Shown here: in pieces, positions 25,740 through 37,159 of the stretch
Numbering within the stretch: position 1 is the stretch's first letter
How the letters are laid out: each line of letters starts with the position of its first letter
Origin: Raillietiella orientalis
Taxonomy: Eukaryota
Direction of reading: 5' to 3'
NCBI GenBank assembly: GCA_036172245.1
Contig: JAYWIR010000022.1
Coordinates: 2,108,001 to 2,172,000, forward strand
DNA length: 64,000 nucleotides
Notes under the pieces: model-generated
Databases searched by the model: none
Told to the model about the DNA's origin: nothing
The model's input: only the letters and a program-made list of their open reading frames with translations
Translations under genes and position numbers: made by a program

Positions 25740-27000
25740 TCCGCTGCTCTTGCAGCAGATAGAGACATCGAAACAGACGACGGAAAAGGCTGACTCGATA
25801 GTCATCCACGTGGTAACCATATGTGGTTATAAAAATACAAACAAACAGATTCTGATCGCAAAAGAGTAGGAGAATAAGAGCACATCCGAGAGAGGAAGCT
25901 GCGAGCGCCGAAGCAGAGCCTGACCTCATCTGTCACGACGTCGTTAGCCAGCGACAGTCCTCATGGAGAAACACTCTTCAGAAGGGTGGATGACCACCCT
26001 CTTCCACGCGAAGGGGGAAAGATGCACGTCATCGTCGATGCTGTGCGACTTTCGGTGGTGCCTACTGAATGGAGGGAGCTGCCGGTGGTCGTTGAGAACC
26101 CCGAATGCAATCAAAACGATCGCAGTGCTATTCGTCGTCCTGGTTCCGAATCTGCTCCTGCTCTTCCAGAGACCACCACCGTCTTCGTCAGCACCTAGGG
26201 CTAACTTTGCTTCAGGCAAGAATGATGGTTCGGTTGCAGGGACATGCGCGCGAGCGCCTCGCCGGAAGCGTGCAGGGAAACCTCGCCGGGGGTAGCACTC
26301 TCCACATGAGCAAGAGCGTTGCTGGTTCCTTTTCGTAGAGCACTTCCTGGAGGAGACTGCAAGAATCTTTTTGCTAAGGTGCTCGGACAGAGAGGACTCC
26401 TGCAGAGAATGTGGAAGAGGCGGCAGGCAAGCCGAGACCACCTGCATTTCTTACTGCGCCCGCGTCTCGTTCCATCCGCATGTCTGGGAAGTCGGTGCTG
26501 AAGACAGCGGATGGGGAAGAAGGCAAGGAGGATTGAAAGAGATGCTCACGTCCTTCCTAAGGAGCCTGGCCACCCTGCATCTGAGAAGGAAAGGTCGAAG
26601 CAGAAGCTCCGCAGCTGTCAGCCAGCCTGAGGCTACAGGAGACGAACAGTGGAGCTCTTGTTGAGAAAGCACAGCGGAAGCGCCGTCCATCGGCCAAGCA
26701 TTCTCTCTCGTCCTGCCACACTTCTCGCACATCATCCCTGATGCATCCTGCTGATCCTAGCTAGCCTGCCGTGTTCCCTTGGCCTCTGCATCGGTTGTCA
26801 TTAGTAATAAATTTGCCCTCTTCAGGCTGAGATCATGACCCCGTCTCACATGCCGCGAATATCCCTCTCCACATCCACAAGTGAGTCCTTCTCAGAGTAC
26901 TTCTTTGGATACCTCTTCTCCCTTTCAAGTTTAGCTGTTCAGCTCTCCTCGTCCTCCAAGCAGCCCTCCAAAAAGTGCCCACTAGAAAATGCTCCCCTTC
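25740..27000 (-). mobile_element. BEL/Pao LTR-retrotransposon relic (integrase and C-terminal region)
   Basis: Motif remnants occur in the expected order on the minus strand: CEKCGR (integrase zinc finger), SISFNPP, then LSPFAWKRVVIHP...MRTVAG (resembles the Pao C-terminal W..G.I...HP...VRT..G). Many stops and frameshifts. Confidence 0.55.
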
Positions 27001-28090
27001 GAAGGTGGGCGTCTTTCCTCACCGCGTTTTACTAGTGCCTTCCTACTGAGATCTACAGTTGAGGAGAGACCTACCAGTTGCGGCCGCGCCACCCACGCAT
27101 CATCTGATTGAGTCTGAGTTGGTGCGTGAGGACCGATTTCAGTGGTCGCTGCCACTGCTAGTTCCCCCTGGATTCGAGGAAGCTTGTATGCAGCTCTTGG
27201 GACCAAATGGAGGAACCTTCCTCCTTCTCCTCAATGGGTCCAAGACTTATGTCGGTAGAACCGCAAGCAGCAGCACGAAGGCTAGCTAGACAAGAGGTGC
27301 TCCCTCGTTTATTGTCTTAGAGTCCACTTTTAAGGACAAACAGAAGTCCTGCGGTGTTGATCCGCCGACACATCTGCCGCATCGGAGGTGGGTAGCCGAC
27401 CGACCCTTCCTTCAAAAGCAGCTGGCCTCCCTGAGAACGCCTTGGAGCAGCCGGTGGACCGCACCCTACAGCACTAGGGCAGCACCCTTTCGTGTCTCTC
27501 CGAAGTAATGACGAGGCGCCTGAAGCTCTCCTTGATCTCCAGGATTCTGGGAGGGCGAGCGCCTCCCGGAATGAGTCCCACTACGGAGGCAACCGACGCG
27601 GCGCCTCCGCCGTCCTGTCCACGGCCACACCCGAGGCCCCCTCAAACTCTCGCTTTTCCAAAGCTTTTCGGTGTCCCGGAGGCGCACTTGTTCCCGGAGA
27701 GTGAGGAAACCTCGGAAGGTCGTCCATGAGATCGTCGCGCCAGCTTCACACCCACCGGACGATGGGGCACACCGACGGATCTTGTTCCTCCTCGCGAACC
27801 GAGGTTCGCGGCGGCAGGAAGCGGTCAGGACCAGGGAAGCCACCCTGGAAATGAGCCCGGAGGAACCCCGGCCTCCGCTACCTCTCTCGGAGACACCCTG
27901 CAGGATAGGAGGAAGAGGCCTCGTCTGGCCCTCTCCCCTTGCCTCAGCCTTCGTCTTCCCCAAGGGAGAGCAGCGACGGTCTCTAGCCGGCGGAGGGGAG
28001 GGTAGGAGAGAGGGTTCTCCTGAATCCGTTGCCAAGCGATCAAACTCTCGGGCGGCCGGGAGGCGAGCGAGCTGGTGGATGCCGCTGCCG

Positions 28091-28265
28091 GGCGATGCCA
28101 CCCGGATACGCCGGAACGTTTATTTAAACTCTTGCATGGTCATTACATTACGTGGTACAAGGTCCCACAAACGGCCAAAATCGCGCCGGACCTGACGGGA
28201 CACCGGTACGCAGACCAGAGTCACTCTCCTCGTCAGTGGAAGGGGAAGGGGGAAAAACCAAAAAT
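28091..28265 (-). mobile_element. Isolated 3' UTR/terminus (copy C) of the LINE family, inverted and abutting copy A
   Basis: The reverse complement aligns with 38255-38427, including AATAAA, the hairpin and a trailing GCATCGCC. Confidence 0.8.
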
Positions 28266-28267
28266 GT

Positions 28268-30081
28268 AAGGCGTATGCTGACGATCTTTTGCTCCTGCTG
28301 CCCATGTCCGCTCCGGCTTCGGCAGTCGAGGATTTCTTCGACTTGCTGAGCCACGGGACAGGACTACGGGTGAACAGGACGAAGTCGTCGCTGGTTGCGG
28401 TTGGTGCAACGTGGGCAGGACGACCTGATTGGATCCGCCTGGGGATCCCCACGGAGAGGTACCTGAAGTGCCTCGGCGTTCCGTTGGGGGACTTCTGCCA
28501 GTCAGAAGCCTGGTCAGGTCGTCTCCAAAAAGTGGAGTCAGCGATCGGCCCGTTCCTGGAAGGCAAGCTTCACTTGCCGGAACGGGCCGCGGTGTGGAAC
28601 GCGTTCGCGGCCCTTCTCCTTCGCTCCCTGCTTTTTGTTTGCCCCGTACCCCGTGAACTGAAAAAAAGAACAAAGGACCTCCTACGCATCGCCCTGTGGG
28701 GCGGCGGGAGCCCTTGTGTGCCTTTGAAGGATTTGTGCGCTCCACGTCGGGACGGAGGTCTTAGCGTCCTGACGATGGAGCGAATATAAACACAGCTGCG
28801 GTGGCGTACTGTAGCCATCGCAACGAAAATGTGGAACACCCCTTGGGGCGTTCCAGCCCGCCTTCTCGCCAGACGTGTGTCCGGGACTGAAGGACTCGCG
28901 TCTTTTCTTCTGTGCCTCGGCCGGAAAATAAGAAGATGCGGACTTCTCCTAGGACGCATGGCCACCCTGGCAAAGGAGAACGGGTGGATGGCCTGCAGCC
29001 CCGCCAACTCCAGCGCATGGCTAAAAGAAACAGTTAAAACGTGGGCAAAGTTGAAAGACATCAGTGGAGAATCCTGCAACCGCCTGCGCACCGGCATCTA
29101 CACCCGCTGCACGCTGCGGAACATGATCGTGTGTCCCGCCAGAGGCACTTGGGCGGAGACGAACCCACTGGCCACGGCGCTGCCCTTCCTACGAAGGGCG
29201 CTTCAAAACAGCCGGAAGCCGAGATGGCAAGTCTCCTGCAGGATAGCGGGCAAGGAGAAGGATCTAAGCGGGTGGACCATGAGGGAACTGGCAGACGCCG
29301 CAACCCCAAGCGTTCACCCGCATGGAATACGGAGATGGGGCGAGCTGCTTGGCATCCCGGCGGATGACCTAGAGTGGCCCCCGTTGTTCATAGACTCATC
29401 CACCCTCCCCCTCAAGTGGCAGGAAACGGCGCTGCTGCTGCTGCACTGGGGTCTTCCCTGCAACGCGCGCCGCCACCACTGGACGTTGGGGAACGTGGGA
29501 CAGAACTGTGCAGTGTGCGGGGAGAAGGAATCCCTCCCCCACCTGTTAGTGGACTGCGCTGCCCTCCGGCTCTTGTGGGAACGTTTTGCTACGACCCTCC
29601 CTATGCGGGTCGGCAGTACCCCCAGAGACGTTGTGAGACTCCTCTTCGTGCGAGACGCCCTGCCACCAGCCTCAACCCTGGCAGCGCTCTGCTGCCCCAA
29701 AGGGATTGTGGCTGCATGGAGCGCAGCCAACAGAGGAAGCAGCGATCGGGACCCCATCGTACACGCGGGTCGCCACCTGCGAATCGCGATCGGCTGCTTC
29801 CATCTGGGAGCTAGTACGAGGGACCTCGAAGGCATCCTGGAAAGGATGGTCTCTTCCTCCAGCGGGCTGTGATCCCTTCCCGGCCCTCCAAATAGTTTCT
29901 TTTTGTTTGTTTCATTTATTTTTCTTCTTGTTTTATCCTCTATCCCCTTCCTTCCGAGAGTCAAGCCGGCCTGTGAACCGGCTTCCTGGCAGGTCCTATG
30001 AACTATTGGCCGTAGCGGGGCCTAGTACCGCAGATGTACTGTTTTTTTTTTTTTTAATAAACGCCCCGGCGTGACCGGGTG
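28268..30081 (+). mobile_element. 5'-truncated L1/Tx1-like non-LTR retrotransposon (copy A): RT C-terminal half, zf-RVT-type zinc finger and 3' UTR
   Basis: AYADDLLLL (YADD at 28274-28285), GLRVNRTKS, YLKCLGVPL, LCAPRRDGGLSV and CAVCGEKESLPHLLVDC are all in one frame, interrupted by a single TAA at 28787-28789. The ORF ends at 29872, followed by a T-rich UTR, AATAAA and a terminal hairpin. Confidence 0.88.
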
Positions 30082-30089
30082 AAAACTTC

Positions 30090-30760
30090 CCCGCGTCCAG
30101 TGGAAGCGGCGGGCGTTGCAGGGTAGGCCCCAATGCAACAACAGAAGCGCCGAATCCTGCCACGGACATTGGGGATCCTCTCGTAACGGCGGGAGTGTAA
30201 ATACGCCCTCTCGTTGCGAGTCCCCTCGCCAAATCCCCGGGTCAGGCGGTCCATAGGGAACTGCTCACAGAACTCGCGGACCGAGTCCTTAAATAGGTCC
30301 CAGTCGGCAAGACTCTGGAGCGTGACGCCTCTCAGGAATTCGCGAAGATGGTCTTTCGCACTTGAAAGTCGCGTCCAGTCTCCTAGCAAAGCCACGCCCT
30401 GGATGGCGGTCCCTTGTCGCGCGGGCGCATCTCCGCTGCCGGGCGAAGGAGCTCTTGCGCGTGCCCCCCGAAGAACGAGCGGTCCCTTCCTTGCGCTCGG
30501 ACACCTCGGCAGTCCCCTTGAACCGCGAGGACAAGGCGGTGCGCTGAAGTTCCTAGCGCAATTCGCGCCTGCTCCATGTTTTCCAGAGGAACCACATCCC
30601 CGAGCTGTTCCGGCCTGCGGGACGATTGGATCGATCTCGCTCCTGCTGCCGGATTCTTCGCGAACGGCGGAAAAGTAGTCTGCATCTTCAGCGCATATCG
30701 AAGACGCCGCCGAGGACTTGCTACAGGGATTCTTCGCGCGCGGCAAACTCACGGTGGGCG
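30090..30760 (-). mobile_element. Degraded LINE ORF2 fragment from the end of the endonuclease to the linker region
   Basis: LQSLADWDLFKDSVREFC resembles the W(E/D)xxKxxxRxF motif that follows the APE domain in L1/Tx1 ORF2. The rest is degraded. Confidence 0.5.
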
Positions 30761-32949
30761 CCGTGGGCGCAGCCGATCACGTGCTGGAGTCCCGGGTGCT
30801 TAGATACGAAAGACCGCCCTCGTGGAGGCAGCCGCTTTGCCGAGGACTACAGCGAGGCAGTGATCCCACTTTAGCGAGGAAGTTTTCCAGAAGGAAGAGA
30901 CGGCCACAACCAAACTCACCCTTCCCCTGCCCTCCCTTCTCTTCCTGTTTATCTGTTCTGCCCCCTCCGGACGTCTTCTCCAGAAAACCAGCCTGTGCAT
31001 CGGAAAATCCTCCCGACGGACTTCCCTCTGTTCCCTCTCTAGGAGTCTGGCATGTCCCTAAGGACTCTGACTGCTCGTCTTTTCCAGAGGCTCTCCGGAG
31101 TGACCGGGCGGAGACGAAGGAGCGCTTTGGTGGCCGAAGAGGAGGCGACACGGAGGACTGCCGACGCGCTTGTCTCCGGTGAAGATGGGCAGAAACCGGT
31201 AAGGGACTTCCGTTCCACGCAAGGTGGGGACGCCCTCCTCTTCAGAGTGGGGAAGGATCAATCATCGCGTGCGCGGAGAGGGAGCCAAGGGACGTTTGGC
31301 CATCGCGAAGCCGGACCGCGGACAGCGACTTTGGTCTGCTCACCCTCCTTCCCTCGCCCACATAAAATGAAATCTATTAATAGTTTCATAATCAAATCCC
31401 AATAAACTCCAAATAAACATCAACCTAAACTTCCAAACTAATAAACCATCCCTTACCCAATTACATCCTCCAACACACATTAAAGTAAAATATATAACTA
31501 TCAAACTTACTCTCCAAATAAATCCATAACTGAATACTACTATAGCATAAAATTTTTCTAATCCATTAACATTCCCTTTACACTATACTTTATTCACATC
31601 CAATTACTCATAGAGACGGGTCAGTCTTGGACCGGACCCGCCGCCTCGGGCAGCGACGTGGGGAGCCGCGTTTTCAGGGGGAACGTGTCTGCTAGAGATC
31701 CCCGCGGAGAGGGGAGGAGGGACCTCCCGGACTCATGGGCTCGGGAGGCACTCGTTCACGAGCGGGCCCCGGTTCCAGCGGTGGCGTCCCGAGAAGCGAG
31801 CGACCCTCGGCGGGAGTCACGCAGAAGCAGAAAATGGCTCGCACACGGTCCGTCGCGGCGGCGGCACGGTGCGCTTTCCCTGGGGAAATCCCCGTCGGGC
31901 AAGGCCACGTCCCGCGTAGGCGGTCGTACGGCACGTGCCGAGATGCCCGCGTCGTTCGCCGGGACAAGTCGAGGGAGGGGGGAGGGAGTCACTAGCGCCT
32001 CCTACGAAAACCACCATCGAAATGACCGTTAAAATAGTAACAAACAAACAAACAGACAAACAAAGACGAAAGCGCGCGCAGCGAAAAGAAACGAAGGCGT
32101 GGAGGCTGCTTAGAGGTGGGTACTGGAGAAAAGGTCGAATTCGCGAGCAACGCTGCCTCGGGGGACGGCAGTGGGAGTCCTCTCCCCCCTTCCACCCCAG
32201 TGGAGTATCCCCAGCAGCCAGCATGCAGAAACCCCCTACAAAAGTCCCTGCACCCCCCCACCTCTGCTGCGCTGCGAGCGAGAGCCCTCGCCACGGACGC
32301 GTTCACAGCAGCAGAAAGCAGGGCACCTGCCCTTCCAACCCCTACTCAGAAGGGGAGCCTCGCTCTAACAGGACGGATCGGGCGCCTCCTCCGTCGCCAG
32401 TGCCCCAGCAACTGAGATGGCGTCAGCGCGTTCGAAAGATCGATGACCAAGGGACACCGAAGGCGACCGAGGTCGCCTTTTTGACAAGGAAATGCCCGGG
32501 GCTCTAGAACCTGCTGAACATCCGGCATCTTCTCCGTCCGAGGGGAGATGCCTGACGCTACCTAGGAGACGGGAACCCCTCCGGTTCCCTGGCCGCGTCC
32601 CTCTAGCTCCTTGCTCACTAGACCACACCGTCGCGAGGTCACGCTCGGAACATCCGAAGGAAATCCACGCGCATGACGGAAGCGCGAGGACCCATCCCCG
32701 CTTCCTCCTCTCCCGAATGGAGAGGCAGGGAAAGGGCAGCGGGTTGCGGCACCCCGGAAGGCTTTTGAAAGATGAACAGAAGCCATCGGAGGTTTTGTGG
32801 TTAAGGCTTCCGCGCGTGGCACCATGCGTCGCGGAATCAAATACTCAGGCAGAAACTCTGACGCCACTGCGTCGTTTGGGTTCCGAGTTTCTCCTGCAAG
32901 ATGGCGCTGGTTGGCCGAGACATTCGGGCGTGGCACCGGCGGTGGATTA

Positions 32950-33680
32950 ATCCGAAAGGTCCCCGATGAAGGCCGGAACAATGGGAGTCGACCTTCGGGT
33001 CCTCCCAGGAATCAAGGAGTGAGGAGTGTCCCCTCCGGTCGTACAACGGAGAGCGAACCCCCCTCACTGGGGGGACCCTTCCGGTTTCAACATGGAGCAG
33101 GAGCCCTCACGGGCACCTCTCCAGTTGTTCAAAGGAGCGAACCCTCCCCGTTGTGCGGGGGTCCCTCCAAGTCGTCGCCTCTTCAGAGAGTGCAAGGAAG
33201 CAAGCGAGAGCGATCCCCCTGCGGGAAGCTGCAGCGCCCCTTCTGAATTTCGGAAGCGCCCCTTCGGGGTTCTCTTCAGAGGAGTGAACAGGAGCGGTTC
33301 CCTTGCGGGTTCCCTCCGGAGAAGAAATTCCTACAAGCGGATCCTTTCCGGGTTCCCTTCGGAGAAGTTGAAATGGAGAGGACCACCCTCCCTATTAGGT
33401 GGGTGTCCCTCCGGAGAGAATGAGGAAAGAGATTCCCTTCGGAGTTCCTCTTCGGAGACAACCAGGGTGGGAGGAACGGACTCCGAGTCCTTCCTGGATT
33501 CATAGGGCGGACCTCCCTCCCAGGGTGCCCCCTATACTGAAGAATTACACTGAACAATTTACACGCCCCCCTGCGGGCTGCCACAGGTGGAGTAGCGTGG
33601 AAACTAAACAGTGTTGTTTAAAGAGCCACGTGCGCCGCGAGGCACGCGACCGGCTCTTGAGGTACTTAGCGAACCAAAAA
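32950..33680 (-). repeat. Repeat family X, longest second copy
   Basis: The reverse complement carries CCCTATGAATCCAGGAAG and CTCCTCTGAAGAGAACCCCGAAGGGGCGCTTCC in the same order as 8660-9255. Confidence 0.78.
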
Positions 33681-36570
33681 AAAGAAAACCCGAAAAAAAA
33701 AAAAAAAACTGGAAGGAAAAAACAGCGAAGGTAGAAGGAAAAGAAGAACCCAAGGATTTCCAGCATGCAGAGGTCAATACTGCTCGAGGCGGGGACGTGG
33801 CCAAGGTAATCGGCACGCAGCCAGTCCTGTAGCGTGGGGCCAGGAAGGGCAGGGGCCGCTGTCCGTCGAGGTCTGCGCGCATGGCGGAAAAGCAAAGGTT
33901 CTCCCCGCCGCGCCGGACTTCCGGGAGATGCAGGGAGGAAGGGCCTGATCCTGCGGGCGAGCGTCTCACGAGGAGTCGGAGAGGAGGTGAAGCAAATGAA
34001 TAGAGGAAGGGCAGAGTGCGGGGCGGTCGCCCGGCCTCATCCATTGTGGCTCCCAGGTCCCTCATGAACGGGAGAGGCGTCCTCCCTTTTCGTTAGGGTT
34101 ATAGAGTCCACCTCATCCCCGGCCACTGCCGACACGTCTCAACCGGGCAAGCTGCCTGCATAGCGACAACCGCCGCGGCCGTCTCAAAGGGCTAAAGGCA
34201 GCGCCCTCCGGCCATCCCGCCTCCTTGTGAGGCTTCCTCTCAGCGCAGGGTCACCATCCCACCGAGTGGGCCCACCCTCTCTGAGACGAGGTCTTTTCCT
34301 GCCAGGTGGCCACATCATCCCCAAAAAGGGTGCGAAGCTCTGGAAGGACTGACCTCCAGAGGTAGGCTAGTCCCGCGCGGACTGATTGGAAGATGCACGC
34401 CGAACCCGCCAAGGAGCTCCGTGCTGACGCCTGGCATCAGAACCTTGCAACGCGCGCACCTTCCCAGCGACCTTGCGAAAGGGTGTCGGAGAAAGGGCTA
34501 GCTGTGCGACGGCTGCTCTTGCCCTCCAGGGATTCCGGAAGGAAAATTTCAAGCAGTGATCGGAACAGATCGGAAACAACCGAAACGGCCCCCCTCCACG
34601 CCCCCCTTCCTTGGAAAAATTGACGGGATCAGCCAGGACGGCGTGTGAACGAGGGAACGTCCGAGATGCGCCATCCGAGGCAGTCGAGGAGCCGTCCACA
34701 GGATCATGCTTCGTGGCCGCTTGCCCTTCCCGAGCCCCCGACCCGCGGTGGTCTCCTCTGCCCCTGTAGCCGGTCTTCCCCGACATTTTTTTTTCCCCCG
34801 CACCGCTTTTCAGTTTCCCGCCTCGACGGCAGATGGCAGCTCTGCGGGCTGGACGGCCACGGCGGCGCGAAAGAAGAAAAAAGAAAACGAAGAGGTCGCC
34901 ACCTTTTTCGGCTAGGTGGGTCGCCCTGCCCCCCCCTCGCCAAATGGTGACAGAAGGGGAACGCGTCTATCGTTCCTGGTTTTCAGGAATGCGACTTGTC
35001 CTCCCGGGAGATCCAGAGGGAAGGAGCGATTAAGTCCGGACTGGTTGAGGAAGCGGGGAGAGGGGCAGACCCTAAGGAGGACCCCCTATTGCGCGAGATC
35101 AAGCTGCAGAAGCAGCAGCAACTCCTTACCAACCTCCGTGCGGCCGCTCCTTCCCGGCGAAGAGAAAGAGCCTGGAAGCTCACGGCTTCCTGGAAACCAC
35201 CCAGCAGCCGATCGCGGGAGAGCCCCTTCCAGAGGCACGGACGCGACCCTCCCCTAGCACGGGATGGGTGTGATGCCCGGCGACGGCTAAGGTGGCCCGC
35301 ACGCCAGCGAGACACGCCAGCCCTCTCTCTCTCGGAGGTGATAGCCACTGGCAACCGAGGACCCTCCTTCCATCCTTTCTCCACGAGCCAGTGAGGCGCT
35401 CCGTGAGGCCGTTTTGTAGCCGTGGGGGGCGCCGACGACTCCCTCTGCACTCACCACCCCTTGGACCCATGCCTGGCCCGTAGATCGGTGGTGGTGTTGG
35501 CTCGGGCACAGCCTCCGTCCATGAATCGATTCGCCCCCCTACCCCTCCTACGCCTACCAGCATCTTCCGGGCGGCACATCGTCTTCCGCGTTACGCCCCT
35601 CCGGACGAGGATATTACCCATCGCTGTACCTTTTCGCGAGGAAGATGCTGTAGGCAGGTAACACCGACGGAGACGAGGGGGCGTCTTTGATAGCCAGCTG
35701 GCCGCCAGAGCACACGTCTTCGTGTCGCCACCGCCCTCTTCCCCCCCTCGCCGTCGTCCGGAAGGGTGGATGGCCCCGTGGCAGTGAAAGGAGCAGGAGG
35801 CGCATGTGGGGGAGCCGCGTGGCGCGCGTAGAGGGGGAGCGGGAGGGCCGCCATTTCGTTCGTCCTTGCGCGCGCGACTCGCGGGATGCGGTGCCAGCAG
35901 CTCCGCTCCGGCCCTTGCGGGAGGGTGAGCTGACCTCGGAAGGTGCCCGCCCGCAGACGGAACGGCGGTGGCAACCAGACCGTCCAGGGGCACAAACCCC
36001 GGATGGCACCCTGCGCCCTCCAGCCATCTCCAGCGGTCGCTGGCGAGGTCCGCGCCGAGATCCAACAGCACTCCATGAAGGGCGTTGCGACGGAGATGCC
36101 CCTTCGGAACGCCTGTCAAGGGCACGCGCTGCCGCCCTTGGAAACCGATCGTGGGGTGTGGTGTGGGAATATGGATGAGGATCCTCCCTGGAATCCGTAC
36201 TCCAAAAGCTCGAGGGCAAAATGAGCGCTGCTCCGGCTTCTACGGGGGAGGAGGAGGAGGATGGCGTGGCACCCTATGGCAGCCGTGAACGTAGCTGGGA
36301 TGGGGTTAGGCAGGCTCCAGCGCCCGAGGCGCTCCGCTCCATCAGGCCTTACTTCCCAGCGCTGGGGAGGAACGTGCTTAGACCACTCGACCTCAGGAAA
36401 GAGCAGGGACGTTGTCCGGCCCGGGGCTCGCTCCCCAGGGTCAAGACTCGGGCGAAGCGCCATATTGGACTTTTGCCTGGTCGGAGATGCGGGTCGCTTG
36501 GCAGCCCTCCCGCTTGGCGGAGACACACGACAGCGCGCGCGCGGAGAGGGGCAGAATGAGGCACAGCAAC

Positions 36571-36744
36571 CTCCCCTTCTTCCTCCTCCCCTTCTTCCTC
36601 CTCCCCTTCTTCCTCCTCCCCTTCTTCCTCCTCCCCTTCTTCCTCCTCCCCTTCTTCCTCCTCCCCTTCTTCCTCCTCCCCTTCTTCCTCCTCCCCTTCT
36701 TCCTCCTCCCCTTCTTCCTCCTCCCCTTCTTCCTCCTCCCCTTC
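36571..36744. repeat. Perfect 15-bp tandem repeat (CTCCCCTTCTTCCTC), about 11.6 copies
   Basis: Directly visible; a pure polypyrimidine/polypurine tract. Confidence 0.97.
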
Positions 36745-37159
36745 CCCGGCTGGGGAGACGCGGCTATTCATCCTGAGCGCCAGCGCGCTGGGAGACGGCA
36801 GCTGCCTGGGCTGCTGGAGATCGCTGGGGATCGATCCCTGGGAAGGAGCTACGGGATCCATTTCGTTTGGTCCAGGTCAGCCCACCTCGATGAGGAGGAA
36901 GAGTCTCTCCCGTTACATATCTTCCCCGCCCTCCTCCCTCTGTCTCTCTCTACCTCCCTCTCTCCTCGGCAGACAGAACTCGCGCGAGTTTATGCAAGCC
37001 CTCATAGATGTCGCAGCTGGGCGGCCGAGCCACTGACTTTCGACGGGAGAGGTCCCGTCGAAAGTCAGGGACCTCTCCCATGAGCGAGAGGGAGAAAGAA
37101 ACCCCATCTTTCAGAAAGAAAGACCCTCATGCCTCTCGCTGGAAGGGGATGGATCTCGG

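Noticed and set aside
22363..25995. Diverged ~250-bp direct repeats as an LTR pair
   Set aside because: The repeats include the end of the pol coding region (IHPSEECFSxRT), and no TG...CA ends or target-site duplication were found. Two separate BEL/Pao relics explain them better.
28191..28240. Hammerhead ribozyme suggested by CTGACGAG on the minus strand
   Set aside because: No GAAA follows a stem II, and other copies read CTGCCGAG with these bases paired in a stem.
31361..31612. Mitochondrial insertion (NUMT) as a firm call
   Set aside because: The strand skew is mitochondrion-like, but my translations gave no convincing mitochondrial protein. It is kept only as an alternative explanation.
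36261..37083. ORFs with (PPLLP)n, (PFFLL)n or (GEEEE)n as host proteins
   Set aside because: They are products of the 15-bp tandem repeat, with no splice or domain support.
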